NCBI GenBank assembly: GCA_040752415.1 | Contig: JBFMGU010000237.1 | Coordinates: forward strand, 1-16,499 | Origin: Myxococcota bacterium | GTDB taxonomy: Bacteria; Myxococcota; JACRCW01 | Direction: 5' to 3' | DNA: 16,499 bases | Part shown: piece by piece, positions 15,935-16,499 of the stretch | Layout of the letters: the number at the start of each line of letters is the position of its first letter | Position numbering within the stretch: the first letter of the stretch is position 1 | The notes under the pieces: generated by a model | Seen by the model: the letters and a program-made list of their open reading frames with translations, nothing else | The model's database searches: none | What the model was told of the DNA's origin: nothing | Position numbers and translations under genes: made by a program

Positions 15935-15964
15935 CGCATACGGCCGCGCACACGTTCGGGTCAA
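15935..15964 (-). promoter_or_regulatory. Candidate sigma70 promoter of sucCD
   Basis: TTGACC (15964-15959), 18 nt spacer, TATGCG (15940-15935), 50 nt upstream of the ATG. The -10 is imperfect. Confidence 0.4.
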
Positions 15965-16344
15965 GGCAAGATCACCCTGCGTGGTCCGGTGTTTCCCGGC
16001 GCGTTCCGTCGAGCGCCCGCGTGGACGATCGGGATTCGGCGCTCACCTGGACCTTGCGTCTCGGCGGAGACGGGCGCCACGGCATCGCTCCGCGCCGCCA
16101 GCGTCGTGGATTCGGCGTTGTCGTGGCCGCGCGGCGATGCGCTGCCCTCGCACCCTGGACACGTCGTGATGCCGCGGCTCCCGTGCCGGCGACGACAAAT
16201 CCCGGACACGCATCAAGCAGGCGGAGTTTCCGTGGCGCTGTTGCGGCGGGTGTTGACTCCACCGCTCGCGGCGCGAACTCCCGGTGCGCGCCGGGAACCT
16301 CTTGGTGGGCTTCGTGGGTTTTAGGGCGGACCACGTCGGTGGTC

Positions 16345-16390
16345 GAAAGACCAACGCCCCGGTAGCTTTGTGGGGCTACCGGGGCGTTGG
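16345..16390 (-). terminator. Intrinsic terminator downstream of 5S rRNA
   Basis: Perfect 16-bp inverted repeat CCAACGCCCCGGTAGC (16351-16366) / GCTACCGGGGCGTTGG (16375-16390) with an 8-nt loop, followed on the minus strand by UCUUUC. It sits about 12 nt after the 5S 3' end. Confidence 0.85.
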
Positions 16391-16401
16391 CGAAGAAGGG
16401 A

Positions 16402-16499
<98 letters not shown>

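Noticed and set aside
13935..16169. 744-aa plus-strand ORF
   Set aside because: Antisense shadow spanning sucD and sucC.
15961..16365. Short ORFs, a tRNA or a CRISPR array downstream of the 5S gene
   Set aside because: The ORFs are Arg/Ala/Pro-rich without coding-like codon bias. No cloverleaf or T-loop was found. The repeated 10-mer occurs only twice.

Overview
GC-rich bacterial chromosomal segment. A Myxococcota/deltaproteobacterial origin is inferred from the Pkn-type kinase, plsB, sigma-54 sites and GC-rich codon usage. It is mostly core/housekeeping DNA. Left to right: (-) a membrane Ser/Thr kinase with an N-terminal Zn ribbon, truncated at the window edge and missing from the ORF track; (-) dut; (+) plsB followed 16 nt later by a 1863-aa lipoprotein alpha-2-macroglobulin with an intact CLEQ thioester but no adjacent pbpC; (-) an 89-aa helical hypothetical protein divergent from (+) a universal stress protein, with apparent back-to-back sigma-54 promoters; (-) a CDF metal exporter overlapping the USP gene tail-to-tail by 80 nt; (+) a crotonase-family enoyl-CoA isomerase; (-) sucC-sucD; a hairpin-rich spacer; an intrinsic terminator; and the 3' part of a 5S rRNA gene (-). 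I found no mobile element, CRISPR array or tRNA. I cannot support a clearly new multi-gene system. The best leads are the plsB-coupled alpha-2-macroglobulin without pbpC, the degenerate kinase (HGD, DFC, no alphaC Glu) and the sigma-54 small-protein/USP/CDF stress cluster.
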